A stretch of 64,000 nt of DNA from Antedon mediterranea (GCF_964355755.1 NC_092670.1:25964795-26028794); one strand, 5' to 3'. Positions 53,059 to 64,000 are shown, counted from the first letter of the stretch. Numbers and translations: made by a program. The notes: generated by a model not told the origin, from the sequence alone.

Positions 53059-54569
53059 AGGTGATCATTTAGAATAAAATGATCACCTATTGTTATTTTT
53101 CTGTACACTATTTTGTGTAACTAATATCTCAAAAAGTTAAATGTCAATGATCACAAAAATTTCACAATATCTTTCAAATACTGTAACCTAGTCCTAATAA
53201 GCTTTTCAGCGTGATCACGTCATTTATACGCCATTTTGTGAAATCACATTATATATCATATCTCCATAATTAATTACCACATATTAATGAAATTCACTAC
53301 ATGTAAACTTCAGGTCAAGGGTAAAAATATTAGCAAATAAAAACGCACACGCACGTAGGATCATGCGCGTGAAATCGCGCGTTAAAAATTTAAAAAGCTA
53401 AAAATAAGTTTTAATCAATTTAGAGCATGAATTAGGCCATTTGCGTGTTTCAAAAAATTACTGCGCAAAAATACGTTTTTGCGCGCGATACTTAAAAAAC
53501 GTAAAAATACAGATTTTTTGTACAAATCGCATTGTACTCACCATCCTTATTAGTACATTCACCAAATTTGAGTTTGTTCCGACTTAAAATAACGCTATAC
53601 GAGCAGGTTAAAATTGACAAAATGCGCCAATTAATTGAATCAAAGTGTTGAAAATGGTGAAAAATAAGGCATTTTTAAAATGAAAATAATTCTTCAGAAT
53701 GCACGATGACCCCCAATTTTTTTAACTTATTCTGAAAGCCATTGAGTTGTAGATATAAATTCATGTACACATTTCACGTACAAAATGTTGTGACATCATC
53801 AAATGGCCACTTGAATTTAAAAATTAGGTTTTTTTCTCTTTCGTCATAGATTATCAAATTCAACAGAGCGCATCTCGGTTGTTTTGTGCCCGATTTTCGC
53901 TAAAATCTTAGTATATGATTGCTCAATTAATTATCTTTCTCATGAGTTGTCATTCATTTTGATGATGTCATCATGCTTAAAAACTTGAATAACATAGGTC
54001 GTGTAATTTCACCTGCAGCGTATATTTGAATATTTCACAGCTCTTCAGAATAAAAGGTGACCTTGATGATTATAATTTATTCTGAAAGCTGCTGAAATGT
54101 AGATATGAATTCATATAAAAATTAAGCCTATCGGATGTTGTGACGTTATAATATGGCCAGTTGAAGTTAAAAAGTAGTTTTTAAATTTCTTTAGTCAAAT
54201 TTATACAAATTTCAAAGATCGCGCATTGCGCTTCTACATGCGAAATTCTCTTCCAATTCTATTATTTATTTGCTCAATTCATTATCTTTCGGAATTGTCA
54301 TCTTCGAGTTTATTTTGATAATTCCATCATACCTAAAAATTAGAACATGATGTGTGTCCCATAATTTCACCTATGCTACACTGTATATAGATATACAGTA
54401 TATACTGTACATATTGTATATGGCATGTAATAGGCACAACTCAGCACTATAAGCATTTAATAGGATGGCATACATCAACATTTTCCAATTGTATGTTAAC
54501 ATACGTGCATGTTTATTAATGTCAACAAAATGATCACCTATAATTCGTCAATTCGAATTAAATTCTAGT
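53059..54569 (+). mobile_element. HINE-like element, second subfamily, full length
   Basis: 5' taggtgatcattt-agaata-aaatgatcaccta; body homologous to 11115-12588; 3' aaatgatcaccta, taattcg-tcaatt-cgaatta hairpin, CTAGT. Confidence 0.75.
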
Positions 54570-55061
54570 TAGTGTATTGTTTTTGATTGAATTAATAAAA
54601 AAATTGTATTGAAGAAAATTCTCTGAATAAACTAATTTGAACAATGCTAAAATGTTTATTATGAAATTGTGTTGTGCAATCGCTGTAAGATGACCCTCAG
54701 TAATTTTCTGCAAAATACATCTATACAAAATTATATTTCACACATTCGGCCGGCCAGATGATGAATAACTACATATTGGATTTGATTCTTCCCTGTTTTG
54801 GAACAGCTTTTGATACAATTCTTGCGTACATTATGATAAACAGAAAACACTTGTTACTGTTTGTTGCTTTTAATTTTTATATAAAAACCATGGTTTGGTG
54901 AATTAAAATAAATCCCTTCTTTCTTGATACATATTACAGTAATAATGTCGATTACAAAATTGATAGTCAAGGAAATGGCTTAGCCAAAAAATGTTATTAT
55001 ATTTGATGCATTCGATAATTAAATGTTATTAATCAATTAACATCTTAATACCATTTATGAT

Positions 55062-56450
55062 TTATTCGGCTTCTTTATATCCAATGTAATTTCCATCAGT
55101 GCTTAAAGGAAAGTCCTTTCTGATTTTGTTTACAATGCAGGCTGGGATGACTCGTCGTGTGGCTGTACCGAGGTGGTCATGCACCCAGTAGGTAAACTGC
55201 CTGTACGCCTGAATGCGACATGTTTTGTTCGGGATCGGGTCAACGATGCTGTCTCGCTTAATGTCTGTTCGGGCAACAAGTGCAGTTCTAACTACTGCAG
55301 GATGTAAACACACAAATTTGAATTAAAAATGGTCTAAAATGCATGCCATTTCGTTTTTTAATCCCATGTTCATCTTCACTTGTACTTTTCAATTTTGTGA
55401 CAACAAAGGCATTCCGCAGCAGTGTCCATCAATTCACACCATCTGCATTATCACCATTCCTTGTTTACTTTCCACCATTCTATATCTTCTACTTCATGTG
55501 TGATGACTATATTATCCAAACCTTCTATTTCCTCCACATCTCTTCTTCTCTATCTTCTTGTTCTGGGTTCTAATAGACACGTTTCGCGCTCGCGAGGTCA
55601 CCGTCAGTTTGACCTTTTAGTGGGTATACAATGGTAAACAAACACAGCGAGAGGTATGTTAAAGCATGGGAGAACTGAGAGATGATCATCTTAAAAAGCA
55701 ATCGTCAAAACTAGCCTTTTGATGGAATGGCATGGTAAGGATGTTATTTATTTTCTAAACTTATGTTTTATATTCACTGTAGAATTATTTGGGCATTTGG
55801 TTCAGAATCATCGACTTTATTTATGTATTGTCATTTTTGGTTTGACATGACACATATATGTTACGGTGCATTTAATACATGTTAACTGTTGATTTTATTT
55901 ACAAATGTTGTGTAAATATATTAATTATTATCTTTCATTCTTCTTCATGCTCCTATTGCATCTTCCATGTATTATGTGATATTCTTCGGCGCTTAAACAG
56001 ACACCCAAGCCTCCTAGGCCTAGTAGACAAAGTACCGCATCAGGCAACGCCACCGGTCGGGCGGAGAGACACGAGCACATCGTGGACGTACCTTTCCTTG
56101 AAAAATTTCCAAGATTTTGCGCCACTATCCTTCGGAGCCGACGCAAACCACTCAGCAAGTGTTTGAAAATTAAAAACAGGAATATTATTCAGTAATTTTG
56201 TGTAGTTAAATTCACGATTTATCCAACATATACAACATTTATGATGCACCTTGCAACAAAAGCACTCGGCAGTCGCCATTTCGCTATGCTTCAACACGCA
56301 CTAGGCGAGAGGTGTTCGGTTTGTTTACAAATCTATACCTACTATTTCTGATTGGTCGCGAGCGCGAAACGTGTCTATTGATAAGGTTGTAATCCGCGAT
56401 TCATTTTAATTTTTTTTATCCAAGCTAGACACATATGTTTGCATATCCAT
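55062..56450 (-). pseudogene. Decayed P2X7 C-terminal (ballast)/nanor-like zinc-binding protein gene (Kolobok KolX-type), split by an insertion at 55575-56376
   Basis: Reconstructed GLQPYQLEP...acidic tract...W**CRWCELMDTAAECLCCHK...CILDHF*FKFVCLHPAVV...RIQAYRQFTYWVHDHLG..TRRVIPACIVNKIRKDFP...GNYIGY; Kolobok-type end gcattcct|ttaa at 56673. Confidence 0.75.
55575..56376. mobile_element. ISL2EU-like (PHIS group) deletion derivative with AT TSD
   Basis: AT|agacacgtttcgcgctcgcga...tcgcgagcgcgaaacgtgtct|AT (21-bp perfect TIR); minus-strand remnant KSWKFFKERYVHDV...IIHGRCNRSMKKNE resembles the N-terminal part of transposon YqaJ-exonuclease ORFs. Confidence 0.7.
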
Positions 56451-56677
56451 GCAATGGCCGGCCGGCAGTCTCACAGTTGGATGATTTTTTTGGTCAAACC
56501 AATGACGTCACAACCTCGTTTTCATGTTAAACATGGTGGCTCATAGAAAATCCGCGGTTTATTTGAAAAATCTATACTTCAAAGTCGATTTTACTCTAAA
56601 CAACAACAACATTTTTTTTTTATATGAATTATATCTACAATACACATTTTAAAAGAAATAATACTGCATTCCTTTAA

Positions 56678-56778
56678 GACATAAAATAGAGAGAGTGCGC
56701 AATATTCTAACGTATGACGTGCACGTGGAGTTTGTCGTGCGGATAACAACTCGTCAAAGTGACGAGTTAAAATCTAGT
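56678..56778 (+). mobile_element. HINE-like 3' terminal fragment
   Basis: gcgcaatattctaacgtatgacgtgcacgtgg...gcggataac, aactcgtcaaagtgacgagtt, aaaatCTAGT; matches the 3' ends at 26310 and 12588. Confidence 0.75.
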
Positions 56779-58390
56779 CTACCATTGTATTTGCTCAGAG
56801 AAGCTAGTATGTCCAAATGAGTTAATACTCTTAGTTTTAGTATTATAAATGACTTTCTAAGATGATCCCTTGAACTTCTTATTTTACACTTTGATGATTA
56901 CAATTGATGAGTTCCAATCATATTCATCAATGTATGAATAATTTATGTTAATCATTTCCTGCTATCATTTTTATTTATAAGTAATTCTTTCCATTAATGA
57001 TTTTAATATTAGCACAACAATAGAAGTTTGGATTACACTTAAAATACTGTATTCTGTTCACATATTATGTACTAGACTATCATCAATTTTGCGTTGTAAT
57101 CTTATTTATCAATGAATGAATAATTTCTGTTAATTAATTCATGCTTAAATGTCTTAAGCAATTCTTTGAATTAAGAATTTAAATATTAGCACAACCAGAG
57201 CAGAGAGAGATTACACATTGTAGACAGGTTCCATTTATCAAAAAAACTGCCTAGAAAATGATTTATTTTTGGGTAGAAGCTGGGATCCACCTGTTTTGGG
57301 GATATTTTGACCTCACTGATTACAAATTTGGCCATCTAAGCCCTAATTTGCATAATTAAAAATGGCGGCCATTTTCCATAACCGGCCATTTTTCATAACC
57401 ACCCTATATGTTGAAAACTGCTAGTCACAATTAATTAATTATGGTGTCAAAATGTTTTAAATATGTTTTTATATTCACTCTAATGGCAAATTTTGTATAA
57501 AAAAAATGGATGCAAGTCCTATTTCTGACATTTTGACCTTGATTTATCATATCTCGGCAACAAATAATTGCAGAGACATGAAATAGGGCTCATATTGTTC
57601 AGAAACTATACATTCATATTTATTCTAATGACATGCTTTTACACATAATGGCCGACTTTAAAAACTATTGACCCTTGAACTATTAATAAAATTCTGTAAC
57701 CCTGAAAATATTGGTCTTATGAAATTATTTTTTGTTTCAAATTGTTTAGAACAGACTATCTAGTCTATAATGGCACATTTTGTCCAAGAATGGCCGATAG
57801 TATGGTTATTAAACCCTTTATTTGCAGTCAAATTGCAATATGCTAATTGTTAAATTTCAGAGCAGATACAGTATGTTTAGACCAGTGAAATTATAATAGT
57901 AATAGAATGAAATTATTAAACAATAAGAGACGAGCTAGACATCCAAACCTGATTCAAGTTTTCTCAATACAACAGATAGACTCTCACAAAGTACTGTATT
58001 TTTGATGTACGAGACAGTCCTTGAAAAACCAAACTAGGCATATCATGTGAAAAAAAAATATTTTTAGCATAAAAGAGTTAAATTGACTTGAACAGATATC
58101 TCAATTCTTGGTGAAATGGTTTTTCTTACTTAATTAGTAGCTTTAGTTGGTATACTAGCTCGCTATTATAATGGGTCTGTGTAATTTAGTTTAAAGTTCA
58201 CCAGTTTGGTATAACGCCCCCTATTTTTTATTTTTTTTAAAAATTTAATATATTTTAAAACCATCATCAAACGATGGTTTGCACATTTTCATAGTGAAAA
58301 TAGTACGTCAGAGCACATCGTCAGCTTGATCGCATTCCACCAAGCAGGTACGTCGATATCCTAGCGTTACCAACGATCAATCACAGTTAA

Positions 58391-59015
58391 AGCCCCATTC
58401 CCTACGTTTTTTAGATCTAATTTAAGATCACAGACTATATTTAATGTAAAAATAATACTATATGGTCCTATTGCGATAACTTTTTTCGTCTTTAAACGGT
58501 TAAAAATGTAAAAAATAAATCGATTTTAATAATTATAGCGGCCCGCTATAAATCCCAAAATGCATTGCGCGCGGATTGATATTTTTGTTTTTCACCTGTA
58601 ATTCACCCACTTTTCGATCGATCGTGAAGCCAAAACAAATGGAAGACTCCTATCTTTTCAGCGAAAATACCGGGTTTTCCCGAATTTGTATCAACGGAGT
58701 CTGGCAAAAATAGAAAGACAATTAATGCAGCAACTATACAACGTCAGGCTAGGTATATAGCTAGCGTACGATGTTCGTACGTTACCGATGTTTACCAGCT
58801 AGGCCTACAAAACTAAGCCTAGCTAGGCTAGGCCTGAGACCGTCCACGAGAGGTCGATCGCCGCGAGCTACTTAGGTAGTGCATTGTTTCTCACTTTTTA
58901 TCATAATTTACCATAAAACGTACATTTAAGACAAGGAATGACATGGTTTAATGTTTTTAAAGTGATATATATGTATTATTTTCCAAAAACGTCCAAAATT
59001 GCAGGGAAGGGGTCT
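58391..59015. mobile_element. Kolobok-like MITE (TTAA TSD), different family
   Basis: ttaa|agccccattccctacg...tgcagggaaggggtct|ttaa. Confidence 0.65.
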
Positions 59016-59249
59016 TTAAGTGTAAAAGGAGTGAGTTGATAAAACCCATGTGGAAGCTTGGTCGCGTTCCACTACGCAGGTCAGCATCCTTTGTGATCGT
59101 CACTCCCGTATTGTAGAGTAGCGGTACCTCCGACGATCACTCACAGTCAATGAATAGAGTTGATGAAGCCACATGGTCAGTTTTCACAAAGTGCTACTAT
59201 ACTACGTGCCCATTTATTAAGTACAATAAAAAAAAAGGCTAGGACTATA

Positions 59250-60025
59250 GTGCTTATGAAAATTATCCTGTTAGGCCTATATTTTATTAAAATATTAACA
59301 ATGCTGCAGCATTTCATGACCGTTGTTTTATTTGCTGTTCCGTCGATCATTCTCATAAACAAATCGCGATAACAAAAGAGTTGCAGGTGTTTTTAGATGT
59401 AAATTTAGATGTAAAGTACAGGCAAGTTGTTAGCTTGCTTTGGTACCCTAGGTAAGTATCAGCTGCATGTTCCACATGTCGTAATTTTCAAGCTTTAGAG
59501 TGTTATGGTAAATGACATTATGAGATGTTTGTAAATCTTTTTAAATGACTTACAATGCGCTGGAACGCCAACATTTCCAAGGCCCTTCAGCCCCTCGACC
59601 CCGGTTGGGGTTTGTTCGCTTCGCTTACAAAGCTATACGCCCCCCTATTTCAATATCCTAGATCCGCCCCCTGGTAGTGCCTATGAAATGTTCTCGCTCT
59701 ATTTTGTTAAAATGTATTACTATTAAAATAATAACAATGCTGTAGCATTTCTTGACCCTTGTTAATTTTATTTGCACTCTCATCTAAACAAAAGACAAAA
59801 GAGTTGCAGCTTGTTGTTTTTTTTTTCAAATCACTTAAGTTGAGAATAAATAACGGTATTGATGATCAAGCTGGACTGCTAAGTTGTTTGTGAGTTTTAG
59901 AGTGTATTGGAAAATGACAGTATGAGATGTTTGTACATCATTTTAAATGACTTAAAATGCGCTAGAATGTCAAAATTTCCAGGGGGCGAAGACCTCCCCT
60001 ACTTCAAAATCCTAGATCTTCCCCT
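59250..60025. repeat. Two diverged tandem copies of a hAT-like MITE end
   Basis: About 59250-59673 and about 59678-60025 share acaatgctg(c/t)agcatttc, acaaaagagttgcag, tttagagtgt and end in atcctagatc(cg/tt)cccc. Confidence 0.5.
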
Positions 60026-60842
60026 AAAGAGAGAGTTTCCTGATTTTGTTAATGTTCCTCAGGCCAACAGAATTGACCACATCATCAGTCTGTGCAAGGC
60101 TGTCAAACAAATTGATAGCCTTGGTCTGTGTCCCTTATCACTGTCAATATTATTATTACCTCCACCAAGAAGGTATATTCTTGTCTGATCATTTACTTGT
60201 TTTTCAGGACCAGGATGTGAATTCTGGGCCACTGTCGGATGATGGCCAAATTGTAACCTTTTTTGGTCACAAACTACATAATAAACATAATGTATTAGAT
60301 AAGAGAACTCCCTGTTTGACCTCACTTTAGTTCAGTACTTTAAACAAAATTTAAATATAAAGACATATTGTTTTGTTAAACTTTATTGTTGAATATGCGA
60401 TTTTAATGTTAAATATTAGTTATTCACTTTGACCAAATGAATCTAAAAAAAAAAAAATTAAAAAAACTTTCAAATTCAAAGCAAAAAATAGTCAAATTTA
60501 ATGCCAGCCAATGGGTTTTTGATTGAATTAAACTATTTTGTCTATTTAAATTGAAACATAATAACATTATTATTTCTTCCCCTACTATTCAAAGTGGGTT
60601 TTTATTAATCTTCATTTTTCATGTTTTTTTTGTGACAATACATCTTTTAGTATTAAATGTTTAATTTTGGTAGTGATAGCCCTTGGCAGAGGTAGTAAGC
60701 TGGTATTGCTCTTGTTATAGAATACATCAACTCAGTGGATGTAGGAAGAAACAAGTCTCTACATTTGTGCAATTATTTTAATGTAATCTATTTGATTTAC
60801 ATAATTCAAAAAAGAAAATTTTTGAAAAAAAAAGTAACTCAC

Positions 60843-60904
60843 TTTGACTTGAACGTTTATTCATAGTTTGGTGATTCTTCTCGGTTGCAGATCTTCCATC
60901 ACTC
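60843..60904 (-). CDS. RIMS: RIM/UNC-10 exon just after the PDZ domain (62 nt, phase 2-1)
   Basis: aacattttag|G AGT GAT...AGT CAA A|gtgagt; SDGRSATEKNHQTMNKRSSQ(S) joins the 50222 acceptor in frame. Support is splice signals and phase, not sequence similarity. Confidence 0.7.
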
Positions 60905-61082
60905 CTAAAATGTTAAATGTTCAGAAACATCAACAATTTTGGAACAAATTTTCTGCATTTGGAATATTCTATAACATTTAAATATATAAGCATATATTCT
61001 AAACCACCCGGTGATATTCTGAAATTTAATTAATTAATTTAAAACGATAAGATGAGGAAATCTGTGAGAATGAGAAAAAAGT

Positions 61083-61154
61083 CGCCGCAACCGAGACTTG
61101 AACCCGGACCTTCTGCCTGATATGCAGCTGTCCTAACCATTAGACCACTGTAGC
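61083..61154 (-). tRNA. tRNA-like sequence (pseudo-tRNA, Asp-like anticodon ATC) embedded in a repeat unit
   Basis: GCTACAG TG GTCTAATGGTTAGGAC A GCTGC ATATCAG GCAGA AGGT CCGGGTTCAAGTCTCGG TTGCGGC G then a T-run; A and B boxes present; mismatches in acceptor and anticodon stems. Confidence 0.6.
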
Positions 61155-62651
61155 TTTCATGGTATTGTTCAAACTCGATTGGATAGCGACTCTATAACAC
61201 TCTTTGCGTGGTACGGCGGAACAGCACTAGTCCCTCAATTGTACGCACGCGCACCAGAGATCAAATTGATACGCCTTCATCTTTCAGTATTTTATTCACA
61301 AAGCAGGATCTCCGTAGAGATACTTTCATATATATAAACACAACAGGCAAAGAACATTAATTCTAAACCGCCCGGTGATATACTGAACGTTTTGATTTAG
61401 CTTTATATATATATATATAAAAGCTCTGCTAACTTTTCTGGCTGTTTTACTTATCGTTTTGATTTAGCTTTTTGCTTTTTTTTCTCCATTGAGATCCAGC
61501 CACTGATACCTACAGCATTGTAATTTGCAATTGGATTTAGAATTAATGTTCTTTGCCTGATTTGTTTATATATATATATACACATCTTTACATTGTTTTC
61601 GCGCCGCGGCTTCAGCCAGCCATGTCCCAAGAGGACATACTAATTAAGAAGCTCTATCATCGCGGTAGCTATAGTTCTAAGGCCGACAGTTTTGAGAATT
61701 TGTAAACTCGACTATAATTTATATATCCTAGCTGCTGGACCCAAAAAACATCTGGGAAAAAAAGAGTCTATGAGGGCTCACGGTTGAACGATTTTAGATT
61801 CTCGGCCTTTGATTGGTTGACACGAATCAACAGACTGCTGAAGAATTTTCTCACTTGTACCACTGTGAAGTCACGTTGTCTCTAAAAGGTATTCAGTTGC
61901 ATGCCTAGAGGTTGAGGTCACACACACACACACGCACACAGCACATTAAAGTTCAAAATTGACCATTTTTAAATGCCATTTTTTAATTAGTAGACTAAAA
62001 TTTGTTGGCAAATAATACATTGTTGAAAAGGTACACATGTCTTCTTTCAAATGCTGTTGAAAATTAGCAGAAGTATTAATTATTCAATGAAATACAACCA
62101 GATTACTAACACCCACAAAAATGGGCATGATGTGATTTATAATTAAATAGCTATGTTAGATTTTGTGTATTTTTGCGATTAACCAACATATTTTTTTATT
62201 TTTTTACACGTTTCCATGGTAACAAAAACAAATTTTCTATAAATATTAATATATCTGATGAAAGAACAATGATTCCTTTTAAAATGTCGAGCGGAAGCAG
62301 AAATATTTCTTGTTTAAACTGCAGTGTATAAACAAAGATTTTTATTTTTATATAAATTAGACCAATAAAAGATGAATTGAATTATTCATTATTATTTCAG
62401 AAATCCTTTATTGTATTGCTTTATTAATCCTTCTAGCTTGATTGCTGATCGGCGATTACGACACACATGACTCGGTTATGGTGACTCGATACCACGTCCA
62501 GCCGGCGTGAGCCTACAGTACACAGTAGGTATTTTTCATTGTATGGAGTGAGTGCACAATCTGTTTGGGCTTCAACCTATTCTCACTCCTGATTGGTGAC
62601 TGAATATATATTATTATGAACTTGGAGAAAAGTAGGCCTGTTATAAAACAA

Positions 62652-62690
62652 ACTAGATTTGAACACTTGAACGAGTTAGTTATCCGCAAA
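62652..62690 (-). mobile_element. HINE-like 3' terminus (short remnant)
   Basis: Minus strand gcggataac-taactcgttcaagtgttcaaatCTAGT. Confidence 0.5.
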
Positions 62691-62938
62691 ACAGCGCTTC
62701 ATTATAATAGATTTAAATTAGGCTTTTTTTTGTTCATAAATTCACATTGAATTTGCATTTTTAAGCGCATGGTTTTTTAAGTTTAACGTGCATGTGCATC
62801 ATTATTCTGCAATTAAAGTTCATAAAAAAACACAGAGGGGTATAAAGAACAAAAAGCATTTGCAAAAACAGCCTTTCTATGCTATGTGCAAGCTGTGATT
62901 GACAATGTTGAAATGCTAAAAATGTCCTGAAACATATA

Positions 62939-64000
62939 CCGTACTGACGCGGGTATAAGCCCATACTCGGGTATAAGCGCCCACCCCCCACTTTTGACTA
63001 ATTTTTATGCAAAATGAGGCACTCGGGTATAAGCCCACCCATTAATTCGACGATCTTGGTGCCGTAATATATTATTTTGTAACAAAATACATACTCTATA
63101 AAAGTCTAAAAGTAAGCAGTTGACAGCTCTAAACATCGTAAATCAGACCTATTAACGATGTAAAGGTGATTGAACCCAAATACGGTAATACACACGGTCC
63201 TTATTTACCAATTTCTTTTCTGTAGTCTGTACGCTTGAGCGAGTATGACGACACGACATTCACTAGACTGTATTGTGCGCGTCAAGCACCCAGATACGCG
63301 CCACAAAATCAAGGGACCACCTCGGAACTAAACGATTTACAGGAAAAGAAAGGTACTCGCTATCGTTATCATTTCAACTTGATCGTTTTCAAACGATCGT
63401 CATTGAACTGTTAACGATCAACGACGATAGCGTCGAATAACGTCGACAGGAAGGCTTTAGTTTCCGTCCACTATAGTGATAAAACAAGAATTATACTTCT
63501 CGACTTTTTAACGGACCAATTTTAAGAATTGTGCATCGTTTAATATCAGATAATGCTTGTACAATTGATGTTCTATTTAATAAATTAATAAAATAATGAT
63601 TTATTATCAATTTCTGTTGTATTTTGAAGCGCGTTTTGTAAGCAGCTGCGTGATGTGTGCAATGCGCGATTGCACGCAATGCACACATCTTTGGCGCGGG
63701 TGGTACATCGTGCGTTGTTTCGTGGTCGGAGTGGAGAGTAGTCTACCAATTTAATCATGCCTCCAAAAAGAAAATGCTGGACTGTCGCCGAAAAGGTGAA
63801 CATTATCCGTTGGCATAGAAACCATGGCAATAATCAAACGGCTACGGCAAAGAATTTTGGTGTTGATAGAAAGGGGATACGTGAATGGGACCGGAATTTT
63901 GAAAATCTACTGATTTTGAGTGATGGACCGAAGACCAAGAAGATGAAGAAAGTACATCCTGGCGGTGAACTAAAAAGTGATGAACTCGACCATGAACTTT
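62939..64000 (+). mobile_element. pogo/Tigger-family DNA transposon, left end
   Basis: TA|ccgtactgacgcgggtataagccc with repeated cgggtataagc sites; a related fragment lies at about 52875-52965. Confidence 0.8.
63757..64000 (+). CDS. pogo-type transposase N-terminus (Brinker-like HTH), runs off the window
   Basis: MPPKRKCWTVAEKVNIIRWHRNHGNNQTATAKNFGVDRKGIREWDRN...ELDHEL, open for 81 codons; absent from the ORF track because it has no stop in the window. Confidence 0.8.
   Translation, partial: MPPKRKCWTVAEKVNIIRWHRNHGNNQTATAKNFGVDRKGIREWDRNFENLLILSDGPKTKKMKKVHPGGELKSDELDHEL

Noticed and set aside
61083-61154. Functional tRNA-Asp gene
   Set aside because: ATC anticodon is atypical for eukaryotic Asp tRNA, stems have mismatches and it is embedded in a repeat module; kept as tRNA-like only.

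Overview
AT-rich eukaryotic (invertebrate, probably echinoderm-like; inference only) genomic DNA. The whole window lies inside one large minus-strand gene, a RIM/UNC-10 (RIMS1/2-type) presynaptic active-zone scaffold. Eight exons with GT-AG boundaries and matching phases were reconstructed by hand: 60843-60904, 50083-50222, 43413-43543, 28440-28602, 27716-27917, 22203-23018, 21281-21526 and 1-69 (runs off the window). They encode the post-PDZ linker, the complete C2A domain and part of the C2A-C2B linker. The introns are packed with nested mobile elements: L2/CR1 and RTE LINEs (one young RTE with an intact RT ORF inside a CR1, with TSD), two Gypsy remnants, Helentron-associated (HINE-like) elements, Kolobok-, PIF/Harbinger-, ISL2EU-, CACTA- and pogo-like DNA elements, a long foldback element, minisatellites and a tRNA-like unit. 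Most notable: a decayed P2X7-'ballast'-like zinc-binding gene in a Kolobok-like remnant split by an ISL2EU-like insertion, HINE subfamilies with co-varying termini, and inverted repeats bracketing a frame-neutral RIM exon block. No prokaryotic features or CRISPR arrays. All alignments are by eye; element boundaries without a TSD are approximate.
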